Source: Heliorestis convoluta (GTDB lineage Bacteria > Bacillota > Desulfitobacteriia > Heliobacteriales > Heliobacteriaceae). From it: a DNA stretch of 24,000 nucleotides. The DNA is taken from assembly GCF_009649955.1 (NCBI RefSeq), contig NZ_CP045875.1:595059-619058 (forward strand), given 5' to 3'. Positions 1-8,713 of this stretch are shown one piece after another. The notes beneath the pieces were generated by a model, which was not told the origin of the DNA, ran no database searches, and saw only the letters and a list, made by a program, of their open reading frames with translations. The position numbers and the translations under genes are program-made. How positions within the stretch are numbered: the first letter of the stretch is position 1; each line of letters begins with the position of its first letter.

Positions 1-294
1 ATCGGGAAGATGAATGAGTCGAATGTCTTCCGTTAAGGTCTTTCTCTTTATCCATTTGCTATACGCTCTGAGTGCATAAAAGTGCTTGTGAATGGTTGCA
101 GGTGCTTTCCCTTCCCCTTCCATTGCATCCAGATAGTCTTGGACATCTTGCTTGGTAAAGTTATCCAGAACAAGCTTTCTTGTTCTTAAAAAAAGTTCAA
201 AATGTAATAGTGCTGCTTTGTAAGTTTCTCTTGTTACAGTAGACCTTCTTTTTAATCCATACGTGATAAAGTTATCTAAATGATTGTTATCCAT
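1..294 (-). CDS. tyrosine recombinase/integrase, N-terminal part only (gene runs off the left edge)
   Basis: Absent from the ORF track because it has no in-window stop. Hand translation of the reverse strand from ATG (294-292) stays open to position 1: MDNNHLDNFITYGLKRRSTVTRETYKAALLHFELFLRTRKLVLDNFTKQDVQDYLDAMEGEGKAPATIHKHFYALRAYSKWIKRKTLTEDIRLIHLPD. The pattern (T..Y...L..F..FL, DV.DYL, TI..HFYALRAY) resembles the SAM-like N-terminal core-binding domain of phage-type tyrosine recombinases. The catalytic domain is not visible. Confidence 0.55.
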   Translation of the reverse strand, partial: MDNNHLDNFITYGLKRRSTVTRETYKAALLHFELFLRTRKLVLDNFTKQDVQDYLDAMEGEGKAPATIHKHFYALRAYSKWIKRKTLTEDIRLIHLPD

Positions 295-378
295 AGCAAT
301 CCAGCAACCTTTCCGGGAGGACTTTTTTTCTTGGCTTTCTCTCTTACAATGAGGTAATGATTTTATCGTTCTCATAAT

Positions 379-412
379 CTTATTGCATGGAATTATAATT
401 CTACGCAATAAG
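379..412. promoter_or_regulatory. nested palindrome overlapping a TATAAT, upstream of the recombinase gene (candidate promoter/operator)
   Basis: cttattgc-atg-GAATTATAATTC-tac-gcaataag. The outer 8-nt arms (379-386, 405-412) are perfect inverted repeats. The inner 12-mer (390-401) is self-complementary and reads TATAAT on both strands. It lies about 85-120 nt upstream of the ATG at 294. Confidence 0.35.
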
Positions 413-470
413 ATAGATTTCCTTCTCTTTTCAAACAGTTTTTTTGGTGCAAATCAATTAAAATGATTAA

Positions 471-500
471 AGGCAGTCTTCCTTTATAGGAAGTCTGCCT
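471..500 (-). terminator. hairpin downstream of spoVK-like gene
   Basis: aggcagtcttcc-tttata-ggaagtctgcct gives 12-nt arms with one mismatch, 10 nt after the stop at 510. On the minus strand it is followed by tttaatcatttt, a weak U-tract. Confidence 0.5.
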
Positions 501-509
501 CACCTGCCC

Positions 510-1532
510 TCATTTTTTCTCATCGTAACATTGTTTACAACCTTCTGTTATATCCTGTGCTTCTAACACCATAAGTTCTTGACGCGAAAACTTCTTTTCA
601 TTATTTGTACTTAACAATCGCACTGCATGTCTGCGAATCGATTTTTCTATGATATTACGAACCAATCTTGCATTGCCTCGATGAGGATGGCCGTTTCGTT
701 CTTGTTCATTCAAATGTTTTTCTAAGGCCAACTTGCCTTCACCTGATAAATAGTACTCTCTTTCTTTAACCATGGAGTCGGCAATTTCTAATAATTCTTT
801 TGTGGCATAATCAGGAAATTCTAATTGAATTGGAAATCTAGATCGAATGCCTGGATTTGTTTTTAAGAATATGTTCATTTCATCTTTATATCCCGATAAA
901 ATAACAATAAGGTTGTCGCGAAAGTCTTCAACACTTTTGACCAAACAATCGACACATTCTTTACCAAAGTCTTTGTCACCACCACGAGCCAGTGAATAGG
1001 CTTCATCAATAAAAAGTACACCACCGAGGGCCTTCTTCACTTGTTCTCTCGCTCGAATTGCTGTATGTCCAATATACTCACCTACGAGGTCCGCTCTTTC
1101 TACCTCAATTACATGGCCTTTTGGAAGGACACCTAACTCCTTAAACAGTCTTCCTACTATTCGAGATACTGTCGTTTTTCCTGTGCCTGGATTGCCTTTG
1201 AATATCATGTGTAGCGCCATAGCCTCATTCGTTAAGCCTTGTTCTATTCTCATATTGCGAACTTCAACAAAAGACCTGAGTTCATGAATTAATGTTTTTA
1301 CTTCTTGAAGGCCTACCAGACTGTTTAATTCTTTGAGAATCTCTTCTATTGCTTCGTTGTTGATTTCCCTTACATTGTTATCCATTGCCTTGGATGTTTT
1401 TTTTTCTTTGGCTTTATCGTTCCTTAATGTTTTAACAGTTTTGATTGATTCCGGTAGCTTAGAAGGCAACCAGGTACTATTTTTTAGGTTGGCCAATTGA
1501 GCCTCTGGATTTATGTTCAACCTTATTTTCAT
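510..1532 (-). CDS. spoVK: AAA+ ATPase, SpoVK/CbbX family (stage V sporulation protein K-like)
   Basis: 340 aa. Walker A is GNPGTGKTTV and Walker B is VLFIDEAYSL. The LVGLQEVK...I lead-in and the C-terminal GNARLVRN sensor region are typical of SpoVK-type ATPases. RBS aagaggtg sits 6 nt upstream of the ATG. Confidence 0.8.
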   Translation of the reverse strand: MKIRLNINPEAQLANLKNSTWLPSKLPESIKTVKTLRNDKAKEKKTSKAMDNNVREINNEAIEEILKELNSLVGLQEVKTLIHELRSFVEVRNMRIEQGLTNEAMALHMIFKGNPGTGKTTVSRIVGRLFKELGVLPKGHVIEVERADLVGEYIGHTAIRAREQVKKALGGVLFIDEAYSLARGGDKDFGKECVDCLVKSVEDFRDNLIVILSGYKDEMNIFLKTNPGIRSRFPIQLEFPDYATKELLEIADSMVKEREYYLSGEGKLALEKHLNEQERNGHPHRGNARLVRNIIEKSIRRHAVRLLSTNNEKKFSRQELMVLEAQDITEGCKQCYDEKK

Positions 1533-1601
1533 AATAGCACCTCTTTACGCGCATTTTCTCAATTATATGTGAGTAAACATTTGATCTGACCAGTAAAAAT
1601 T

Positions 1602-1634
1602 AAAAAACCTCAGTCTTGTAGTGCCTGAGGTTTC
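1602..1634. terminator. isolated stem-loop between divergent spoVK and cbiM-like genes
   Basis: aaaaaACCTCAG-tcttgtagtgc-CTGAGGTttcat. On the minus strand the stem is followed by ttttttaattttt; on the plus strand only by ttt. It does not follow any gene on either strand, so its role is unclear. Confidence 0.3.
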
Positions 1635-1658
1635 ATAGATAATGACTAGTAAATAATG

Positions 1659-1688
1659 TTTACTTTCTGATAACTAATATGATAATAT
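1659..1688 (+). promoter_or_regulatory. sigma-A-like promoter for the ECF transporter operon
   Basis: TTTACT (1659-1664), an 18-nt spacer, then extended -10 TG-a-TAATAT (1680-1688), about 38 nt upstream of the GTG at 1726. Confidence 0.45.
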
Positions 1689-1725
1689 TTATCAATGGGC
1701 TAATCCATCCTAAGGAGGTTTCTTT

Positions 1726-2505
1726 GTGACCCATCTACATTTTCCCGATGGCATATTACCACTATGGTTCGTAGCACTGGGATTTATTCTTACAGCTATC
1801 ATTCTAGTTCCTGCATTACAGAGACTTAAAGCAGAAGAGCACTTTGCCAGAAAAGTCTCAATGATTGCTCTTTTTTCAGCATTAATGATCATTGCTATGT
1901 CGATTCCTTTAGGCTTTATCCACTATCATATGAATCTTGCCGTGCTTGTAAGTTTGCTACTAGGACCTTGGTATGCTTTTATTTCCATCTTTGTCGTTAA
2001 TACTTTTCTTAGCTTAATTGGTCATGGTGGTATCACTGTAGTCGGACTGAATACAATCATCTTGGGGTTTGAAGCATTTCTAGCTTATTATATTTTTTCA
2101 GTTTTACGAAAGCTTTTACAGCCTTACATAGCTCTTTTTTCAACAGTTTTGCTTTCTCTATTAAGTACAACAGCTTTTATGCTTTTTGTAGTCTTTTTTG
2201 CCACTTTAACAACGGAGCCACTTCTTTTAGCAGAATACTTGGAAAAAGGACAGCAACTCGCTGGTGGCGTTATGCTCTGGTCTATACAGATCATTTTGCC
2301 TATCGCTTTCATCGGTGCACTCATAGAAGGAACTGTTACTCTCGTCATTGCCAAGTATTTATGCAGACTCAAACCTGAACTGATGCAGCACCTAGACTTG
2401 AGAACAGACGTTGTAAGCTTGCCAACAAAAAAGCATAGAAAAAATCCTCTCAAAGTAATTGTGAACAATCAAAGTCAAGAAGAAGATAAAAAAGAAAGAA
2501 AGTAA
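1726..2505 (+). CDS. cbiM: ECF transporter substrate-capture (S) component, CbiM/NikM-like with atypical N-terminus
   Basis: 259 aa, GTG start with RBS aaggagg 7 nt upstream, multi-pass hydrophobic protein. The N-terminus MTHLHFPDGILP resembles the MHIPDG signature of CbiM/NikM. It is followed by cbiQ- and cbiO-like genes. It has a hydrophilic Lys/Glu-rich C-terminal tail. Confidence 0.7.
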   Translation: MTHLHFPDGILPLWFVALGFILTAIILVPALQRLKAEEHFARKVSMIALFSALMIIAMSIPLGFIHYHMNLAVLVSLLLGPWYAFISIFVVNTFLSLIGHGGITVVGLNTIILGFEAFLAYYIFSVLRKLLQPYIALFSTVLLSLLSTTAFMLFVVFFATLTTEPLLLAEYLEKGQQLAGGVMLWSIQIILPIAFIGALIEGTVTLVIAKYLCRLKPELMQHLDLRTDVVSLPTKKHRKNPLKVIVNNQSQEEDKKERK

Positions 2506-2614
2506 ACCGAGTCGTCATAATCTATCTATCTATCAATTCTTTATAAGTAAGGGTCAACTGGAAGTAACCTGATCAAGCCCCTGGGATACTTAAAAGCAAG
2601 GGTGCCGTGAAAAA

Positions 2615-3319
2615 ATGAGTTTACAAACTGTTGATATTCTGGCCGTCTCAGGAAGTAGCTATCTCCATCGAGTGACGGCTACATGTAAGCTTCTAACCTT
2701 GTTATTCATGATAATTTCTGTACTAATAACGAAGAATATTTATCTGTTAAGTGTCCTAGCTGCATCTCTTCTACTTTTTCTGCATTTTAACCTTAATTTT
2801 TCATTACTTAAGCAGCTTACAATCTATATCTATCCCCTTTTCTTCAGCCTTATCTATGGCTTCTTTTTTCTTAGTTTTACTGGTGAAGCCCTTTTGGTTG
2901 TTGTGTTACGAGCTCTTACTGCGGTCATACTTTTGCTAACTTTGATCGTAACAACACCTTATGTAAAAATTTTTTCAACCCTTAACAGAGTAGCTCCTTC
3001 GGTACTACTCGATATCTTCTTCCTCACCTATCGAGCTTTCTTTCTTTTGCTATCGAAAGTTTTAGAAATCCTTGCTCTTTTACGGTTGCGAGGGGCTATG
3101 GAAGGATTATCCTTACGGCGCCGACTGACCAATATGGGTTCCTTTTTCGGTTTAGCCTTTGTAAAAGCCATCGATTTAAACGAAAAAAACTATTGGATGA
3201 TGACAGTTCGAGGCTATGAAGGTGCAATGTACAGCAAAGGCGAAAGATCTTTTCAAGGAAGAGATCTTCTTATCTATATCACGTCTGTTCTTTACTTTGC
3301 TTTGGCGGTGTTGTTATGA
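2615..3319 (+). CDS. cbiQ: ECF transporter transmembrane (T) component, CbiQ family
   Basis: 234 aa polytopic membrane protein. Its position between the S component and the ATPase fits CbiQ. Its stop overlaps the cbiO start (ATGA at 3316-3319), which implies translational coupling. Confidence 0.7.
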   Translation: MSLQTVDILAVSGSSYLHRVTATCKLLTLLFMIISVLITKNIYLLSVLAASLLLFLHFNLNFSLLKQLTIYIYPLFFSLIYGFFFLSFTGEALLVVVLRALTAVILLLTLIVTTPYVKIFSTLNRVAPSVLLDIFFLTYRAFFLLLSKVLEILALLRLRGAMEGLSLRRRLTNMGSFFGLAFVKAIDLNEKNYWMMTVRGYEGAMYSKGERSFQGRDLLIYITSVLYFALAVLL

Positions 3320-4167
3320 GATCACTCGTAGAAATTGAGTCATTGGTTCATCGATATCCTGATAAGACAACCATCGAATTTGGTGGGATTGATTTTCACA
3401 TTGCGCCGGGTGAAATAGTAGCCTTGCTCGGTAGCAACGGTTCTGGAAAAAGTACGCTCCTCAATCATATGATCGGTCAGCTTGTACCTCATTCGGGAAA
3501 GATTAAAGTTTTTGGCGCCAACCCTCGTAAAGAAATCAAGAAAATCCGTCATTCGCTCGGTATGGTGTTACAATCACCAGAAGAGCAGCTCATTGGGCCT
3601 ACTGTTTGGGATGACATTGCTTTTGCTCTTTATAACGCTACGTGGCCAGAAGAAGAAATTATTTCTCAAGTCGACACAATCATGAAAGAGCTATCGATTG
3701 TTCACCTTGCTGAAAAACTTCCACACTACCTCAGCGGTGGAGAACAGCAAAAAGTAGCTTTAGCCGGTGCGATCGTTATGAATCCTAAATTGCTGATTCT
3801 TGATGAGCCCTTTTCACGCCTTGATCTCAAAAGCAAAGAAGCTCTCGTACAGTTACTGCGCAAAATCAATGAAAAATACGGCACAGCCATTTTACTTACT
3901 TCCCATGATCTTTCCATGCTGCCAGAACTGGTTCATAAAGTCTACATTTTGAAGAAGGGTTCTTTTATTGGTGCTGGAAAGCCTGAAGAAGTCCTTCTTG
4001 ATGTGCCTCTATTGACCCAGGCAGATCTAGAGCCACCACCGTTGCTCGAATTGGTGAAACGATTGCGCCAGCAAGGCATCAACCTCCCCTATACCTCCAA
4101 TGTCAAAGAGGTGACGGATGCACTTTTGCCTTATCTATCCTTTCCTCCACGAGCTATATCTCGCTAA
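3316..4167 (+). CDS. cbiO: ECF transporter ATP-binding component, CbiO/EcfA family
   Basis: 283 aa. Walker A GSNGSGKST, signature LSGGEQQK, Walker B LILDEPFSRLD, H-loop TSHD. Confidence 0.85.
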   Translation: MRSLVEIESLVHRYPDKTTIEFGGIDFHIAPGEIVALLGSNGSGKSTLLNHMIGQLVPHSGKIKVFGANPRKEIKKIRHSLGMVLQSPEEQLIGPTVWDDIAFALYNATWPEEEIISQVDTIMKELSIVHLAEKLPHYLSGGEQQKVALAGAIVMNPKLLILDEPFSRLDLKSKEALVQLLRKINEKYGTAILLTSHDLSMLPELVHKVYILKKGSFIGAGKPEEVLLDVPLLTQADLEPPPLLELVKRLRQQGINLPYTSNVKEVTDALLPYLSFPPRAISR

Positions 4168-4171
4168 AATA

Positions 4172-4217
4172 AAAGAAAGCGCAGTAAACCGACCGATTGG
4201 TTTATTGCGCTTTCTTT
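4172..4217. terminator. bidirectional terminator shared by convergent cbiO and the histidine kinase gene
   Basis: aaagaaagcgca-gtaaacc-gaccgatt-ggtttat-tgcgctttcttt forms a stem of about 18 bp. It is flanked by an A-run on the left and a T-run on the right. The right arm encodes the last codons of the kinase. Confidence 0.7.
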
Positions 4218-5740
4218 TCTTGAAAAGTCATTCGAATTGTCGTTCCCATACCGATTCCTTCACTTTCTGCCTCAATTGTTCCCTTCATTTGTTCGATCAA
4301 GGCTTTGCTAATAGGCAAGCCAAGGCCTGTTCCTCCATATTTTCTACTAACAGAACCATCAAGCTGAATAAATTTTTCAAATATCAGATGCAGTTTTGAT
4401 GAATCTATACCAATTCCTGTATCTTTAATAAGACATTCTACTTTACCCTTTTGTTTTTGATAAGTGATTGTAATAGAGCCTTTTTCGGTAAATTTAAGAG
4501 CGTTATCTATGATTCTGTGTAAAACTTCTTGTAATTTCATAAAGTCAGCCATAATTATGAGGTCAGATGGTGGAAGCTGGACTTGAAACTCAATACCTTT
4601 ATTTTTAATTTTGGATCGATAAGCTTCTTCAACTTCTGAAAAAAGATCATTCAAGGCAACAGGTACAATCTCTTCAATAACAGATGCTTCTGTTTCAATC
4701 ATAGATAATTCAAAGACATCGTTCAATATCCGTAAAAGCTGTAAACCACTTTTGAAAATGGTGTCGGTAAAGATAATTCTTTCATTTTTCGTCAATTCTT
4801 CTGCTTGTTGTAATAAATCAGCGTACCCGATAATCGCATTCAGAGGTGTCCTTAATTCATGAGATACATTAGCAAGAAATTCTGATTTTAGTTGGTTGGC
4901 CAAAGTAAGTTGTTCATTAATTTTTTCTAAAGTACGGCTGTAGGATAAGATTTTTTCATTTTTTCTTTTGATCTCTTCTTCTTGCTTTTTCCTTTCTGAT
5001 ATATCTCGAATAATACTAAGCAAAAGAGGCTGTTGATCGACCATAGTACTAATAGAACTTACTTCTACCGGAAAAAACATTCCGTCTTTTCTTTGATGAA
5101 GCGTCTCAAAGATAATGCCATTTGTGCTATCTGCTTGCTTCATTTGACGTTCTACTACATGAAGTGATGAAGGGGCTCTAAGATCGCGAATGTTTAAGCT
5201 TAATAAGGCTTCTCGTTCATAACCATAAGCGATTTCTGCCGCTCGATTGGCTTCTACAATATGCCCTTCTGTAGAAACAAATAAGATGATATCTCTAGCA
5301 TTTTCAAAGAGTAATTGATATTTTTTCAGCACCCTCGCTGATTTTTTCTGCTCCGTTATATCTTCAAAGATCAAGATATAATATTGTGGTACTTCATCAA
5401 TGTCTTTAACCATAGATGCCGTTACGTTGGTCCAGACAACCTCCCCCTTTTTGGTTTTTAATTGTCTTTCTACAACATAACGATCTAAGGTACCATCTAC
5501 GAGGCGAGATAATCGATTCGCTACATCTTTCCAATCTTCTTGAAAGTTAATCTCTTCAATATGCATGTTTATCAGTTCTTTTGGATCATAGCCCAGAATA
5601 TAAGCAAAACGTTGATTCACTAGAATGATGCGCCCGTCAATGGTAGCATGGGCTATGCCTACAGCAGCTTGTTCAAAAGATGCTAAAAAATGTTGCTCAT
5701 GTTCCTTGATCTTTTTTTCAATTGAATGGATAGAATGCAA
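4202..5740 (-). CDS. cytoplasmic sensor histidine kinase with tandem PAS domains
   Basis: 512 aa with no hydrophobic segments. There are two PAS-like blocks (e.g. FEQAAVGIAH...ILVNQRFAYILGY and LFENARDIILFV...IVEANRAAEIAYGY). H-box SHELRTPLNAIIGY, N-box DNALKFT, G1 DTGIGI, G2 GGTGLGL. TTG start with RBS aggaggtg 5 nt upstream. Confidence 0.85.
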   Translation of the reverse strand: MHSIHSIEKKIKEHEQHFLASFEQAAVGIAHATIDGRIILVNQRFAYILGYDPKELINMHIEEINFQEDWKDVANRLSRLVDGTLDRYVVERQLKTKKGEVVWTNVTASMVKDIDEVPQYYILIFEDITEQKKSARVLKKYQLLFENARDIILFVSTEGHIVEANRAAEIAYGYEREALLSLNIRDLRAPSSLHVVERQMKQADSTNGIIFETLHQRKDGMFFPVEVSSISTMVDQQPLLLSIIRDISERKKQEEEIKRKNEKILSYSRTLEKINEQLTLANQLKSEFLANVSHELRTPLNAIIGYADLLQQAEELTKNERIIFTDTIFKSGLQLLRILNDVFELSMIETEASVIEEIVPVALNDLFSEVEEAYRSKIKNKGIEFQVQLPPSDLIIMADFMKLQEVLHRIIDNALKFTEKGSITITYQKQKGKVECLIKDTGIGIDSSKLHLIFEKFIQLDGSVSRKYGGTGLGLPISKALIEQMKGTIEAESEGIGMGTTIRMTFQEKKAQ

Positions 5741-5836
5741 ATTTTCACCTCCTCGTTTTAAGGTAGTATACCTTATCTTTTTGTTATTTCGATATTTTTC
5801 GATTAATTCCTTTTGTATTTTTATGCCTTTTTTGAT

Positions 5837-7003
5837 TCATGCTTTTCTTTTCCAAATCGCCATTTCTCCTATCGGTAGATAAAGATAAACTTGCGCTCCT
5901 TCTTGGTAGATTTCTTCAACCAATGGATCTATTCCTTTAGAAGTTTGTACTTGTAAGTCATAATTATTGGAAGACACTTTACCTGAAGGAGAATGGTCTC
6001 TCACCAGACCTGCAAAAGGATAAGAATCGTTACAGCAGTTTTGAATCTTTAAAAATAGAGTTTGACCATCAGGACCTAAGATATTTTGAAGAACTGTCGC
6101 TCCAAAAGCATTGTCCCACTCTTTTTCTTGATACTCTCTTTTTGTAAGCAAGCGCACTTTGGAAGGGCGAATGCCAATGGAAACATGATTGCTTGTAAAG
6201 TCTGGCTTGGGAATTTTCAAGTTACAATGATAAGCAGGGATGTAGGCAATGGCATGGTCATCCTTTCGCTCTAAAATTTGTCCATCGAAAATGTTCTTTG
6301 TCCCTACAAAGCGAGCTACAGTACGATTTATCGGGCCATGAACGATTTGATCACGACTTCCAAATTGTAAGATTCGACCATTCTCCATGACTGCGATATG
6401 ACTACAAAGGCGATAGACTTCTTCTAAACTATGTGACACCAGTATCATGGTTCCGGAAAAAGCGTTTTTTACTTCGAGCACTTCTTGTTCTAGCTTGTTT
6501 TTCACTTGACTATCGAGGGCGGAGAAAGGCTCATCTAGTAACAACAAGGCTGGATCGGTCACTAAGGTGCGAGCTAAGGCCACGCGCTGTTGTTGTCCCC
6601 CAGACAACTGAGAAGGGTAGCGTTTTTCTAAGCCTTGTAGGCGCATTCGCTCTAACATATACTGGGCTTTTTTCTTCTGTTCTTGAGCCGGTAAATGCTT
6701 GAGGCCAAAAGTTATGTTTTTTTCTACTGTAAGATGAGGAAAAAGAGCATAGTTTTGAAATAGAAAGCCTACTTTTCTCTTCCGAGCAGCGATAGAAATC
6801 TTCTTATTGCTATCGAAGTAAACTTGATCATCCATTGTAATAGAACCTTCATCGGGTTCAACAAGACCGGCTAGACAACGCAAGGTAATACTTTTTCCAC
6901 AACCGGATGGTCCAAAAAGACCGAGTACAGCGCCCTGGGGTATTTGAAATTGCAGTTGCAATGAAAAAGAAGGCAGCCTTTTCTTTAGATGGGCCTGTAT
7001 CAT
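5837..7003 (-). CDS. modC: molybdate-type ABC transporter ATP-binding protein with a long C-terminal TOBE-like region
   Basis: 388 aa. Walker A GPSGCGKS, signature LSGGQQQR, Walker B LLLLDEPFSALD. It overlaps modB by 4 nt (7000-7003). Confidence 0.75.
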   Translation of the reverse strand: MIQAHLKKRLPSFSLQLQFQIPQGAVLGLFGPSGCGKSITLRCLAGLVEPDEGSITMDDQVYFDSNKKISIAARKRKVGFLFQNYALFPHLTVEKNITFGLKHLPAQEQKKKAQYMLERMRLQGLEKRYPSQLSGGQQQRVALARTLVTDPALLLLDEPFSALDSQVKNKLEQEVLEVKNAFSGTMILVSHSLEEVYRLCSHIAVMENGRILQFGSRDQIVHGPINRTVARFVGTKNIFDGQILERKDDHAIAYIPAYHCNLKIPKPDFTSNHVSIGIRPSKVRLLTKREYQEKEWDNAFGATVLQNILGPDGQTLFLKIQNCCNDSYPFAGLVRDHSPSGKVSSNNYDLQVQTSKGIDPLVEEIYQEGAQVYLYLPIGEMAIWKRKA

Positions 7004-7674
7004 GAAGAATCCCTCCAGTCTTTTCGATGTAATAGGTTGATGACAATCAGAACCATAAATGCTGTTGCAGTCATAATCAAGACAAGCAAGTTGGCTTTTT
7101 CTTGTTCTCCTGCTAGCATAGAGTTATAGATAGCGATGGGCATGGTCATGGTGACACCAGGAATGCTACCGGCTACCATCAAAGTAGTTCCAAAGTCACC
7201 AAGAGCTCTAGCAAACATGAGGACAAGTCCAGCCACGATGCCGCGCCAGGCATTGGGGATAATCACATAGAAAAAAATTTCAAATTCATTGCGACCAAGT
7301 ACGCGAGCTGCATCGAGTAAATCCTTCGATACACCTTCTATAGCCGCTCGCGATGTTTTTATGAAAAATGGAATGGAAACAAGGGTCGCTGCAATAATCA
7401 CACCGCGAATGGTAAAGACCAGGGGCAAGCCTAAGGATTCAAAAAATTGACCGATCACACTGTTGCGACCGACGAGTACGAGTAGATAATAACCCAGCAC
7501 GGTAGGTGGTAAAATCATCGGTAGCGTGAGCAGGGAGTCGAACACTTCGACCCAGCGCCTTTTTGACTGGCCAAGCCACCAGGCAATCGGTAAGCCTACA
7601 ACAAAGCCAATGACAGTAGCAATAAAGGCGACTTGAAAAGAAAGAATGAGTGGAAATAAATCGATATGTTCCAT
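7000..7674 (-). CDS. modB: molybdate ABC transporter permease
   Basis: 224 aa, the typical ModB size, with a MalFG-type EAA loop (AARVLGRNEFEIFFYVIIP). It is flanked by modA and modC. Confidence 0.8.
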   Translation of the reverse strand: MEHIDLFPLILSFQVAFIATVIGFVVGLPIAWWLGQSKRRWVEVFDSLLTLPMILPPTVLGYYLLVLVGRNSVIGQFFESLGLPLVFTIRGVIIAATLVSIPFFIKTSRAAIEGVSKDLLDAARVLGRNEFEIFFYVIIPNAWRGIVAGLVLMFARALGDFGTTLMVAGSIPGVTMTMPIAIYNSMLAGEQEKANLLVLIMTATAFMVLIVINLLHRKDWRDSS

Positions 7675-7726
7675 TTTCTATCCTCTCCTTTCTCCAGCCC
7701 GCTTGCACTATTTTTCTTAGCTTTTA

Positions 7727-8575
7727 TTAATCTTCAGGTAGAACAAAGCCGTACTTGTTCATAATTTGCTGTCCTTTTTCACTTAACAGGTAGTCAACAA
7801 AAGCCCGTGCCTTCTCTTCTTGCTTTGTTGACTTGACCACCGTTATGGCCTGGTTGAGGGGGTTGTGCCAGTTATCGTCGATGAGGGTAAAGTTTAGCTG
7901 TTCTGAATCATGGATAGAAAGAGCAATAATAGCAGCGTCTACGTTGCCTGTTTGTAACAAGACGAGTGTATCTTGAATGTTTCTACCGTAGACAAGCTTG
8001 CCTTGCAGGTCCTCCCAAAGGCCACGATGTTGCAATGCTTCTTGAGCAGCCGTCCCATAAGGCGCATGGGATGGGTCAGCGATAGCTACTTTGTGAATTC
8101 GTTGATCCTCTATGAGCTCTTCTAGGCTCTCGATTGTTACCCCCTGCTTTTTCATTGTGGCGATACCAATACGTCCTTGGGCATAAAGTTTTTGGGTATC
8201 TTCTATGGTGAGACCTTGTTGTCGTAAACGCTCGACAAAGGCCACATTGGCAGCGGCAAAAACATCATAGTGAGCACCATTTTCTATCTGCATGGCATAG
8301 GTACCTGTAGAGCCAAAGGACAACTCTGCGACAATACCTTGTTCTTCTTCAAATTGTTGGGTCAATTCTTGAAAAGCTCTCGTTAGATCAGCAGCTGCTG
8401 CAATATGAAGTTTTTCTCTTTGATGTACAGAAGCCATTGTTGTTTCTACTGAACTTGCCTCTTTAGAAGCTCCACAGCCCGTTAGAAGCGTTGCTGCGAC
8501 AATAAGTAAAGCCAACCAAAGTAGGAGATTCTGATCGTTCCTATTGTTCCACTCTTTTTTTCTAGATCTTTTCAT
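7727..8575 (-). CDS. modA: molybdate (or tungstate) ABC transporter substrate-binding lipoprotein
   Basis: The ORF track extends to a TTG at 8617, but ATG 8575 (MKRSRKK...) has RBS agagaggaaaagg upstream. It gives a signal peptide ending in the lipobox LLTGC. ModA-like blocks are present: AAAADLTRAF, FGSTG, QIENGAHYDVFAAAN. Confidence 0.8.
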   Translation of the reverse strand: MKRSRKKEWNNRNDQNLLLWLALLIVAATLLTGCGASKEASSVETTMASVHQREKLHIAAAADLTRAFQELTQQFEEEQGIVAELSFGSTGTYAMQIENGAHYDVFAAANVAFVERLRQQGLTIEDTQKLYAQGRIGIATMKKQGVTIESLEELIEDQRIHKVAIADPSHAPYGTAAQEALQHRGLWEDLQGKLVYGRNIQDTLVLLQTGNVDAAIIALSIHDSEQLNFTLIDDNWHNPLNQAITVVKSTKQEEKARAFVDYLLSEKGQQIMNKYGFVLPED

Positions 8576-8608
8576 ATCCTTTTCCTCTCTTTCCCTATAA
8601 ATGCTTTG

Positions 8609-8661
8609 AAAAAACAAAAAGACGGCAACACAAAAGGAAAGTTTCCCTTTGTGTAACCGTC
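8609..8661 (-). terminator. strong intrinsic terminator in the arsR-modA spacer (ars terminator and/or modA leader attenuator)
   Basis: The minus-strand RNA reads GACGGUUACACAAAGGG-AAACUUU-CCUUUUGUGUUGCCGUC followed by UUUUUGUUUUUU. On the minus strand 16 of 17 positions pair, including two G-U wobbles, against 14 of 17 on the plus strand. That indicates function in the minus transcript. Confidence 0.7.
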
Positions 8662-8713
8662 TTTGGTTCGAGCAGTCGCCAGTGACTGCAAATCAATCAT
8701 CATCTTACATGCA

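Noticed and set aside
1602-1634. Small antisense RNA gene ending at the 1602-1634 hairpin and overlapping the cbiM leader
   Set aside because: The only minus-strand promoter candidate (TTGATA-17-TATCAG) has a poor -10, and there is no further support.
1533-1725. Possible cobalamin or NiCo riboswitch in front of the cbiM-like gene
   Set aside because: The spacer is AT-rich. It has one simple hairpin and a promoter-like element. I see no B12-box-like GCCACTG core and no multi-stem architecture of the required size. It would still be worth a cmsearch, but nothing visible supports it.
2520-2534. (ATCT)n microsatellite between cbiM and cbiQ
   Set aside because: It has fewer than four units in a non-coding spacer, which is too short to argue for phase variation.
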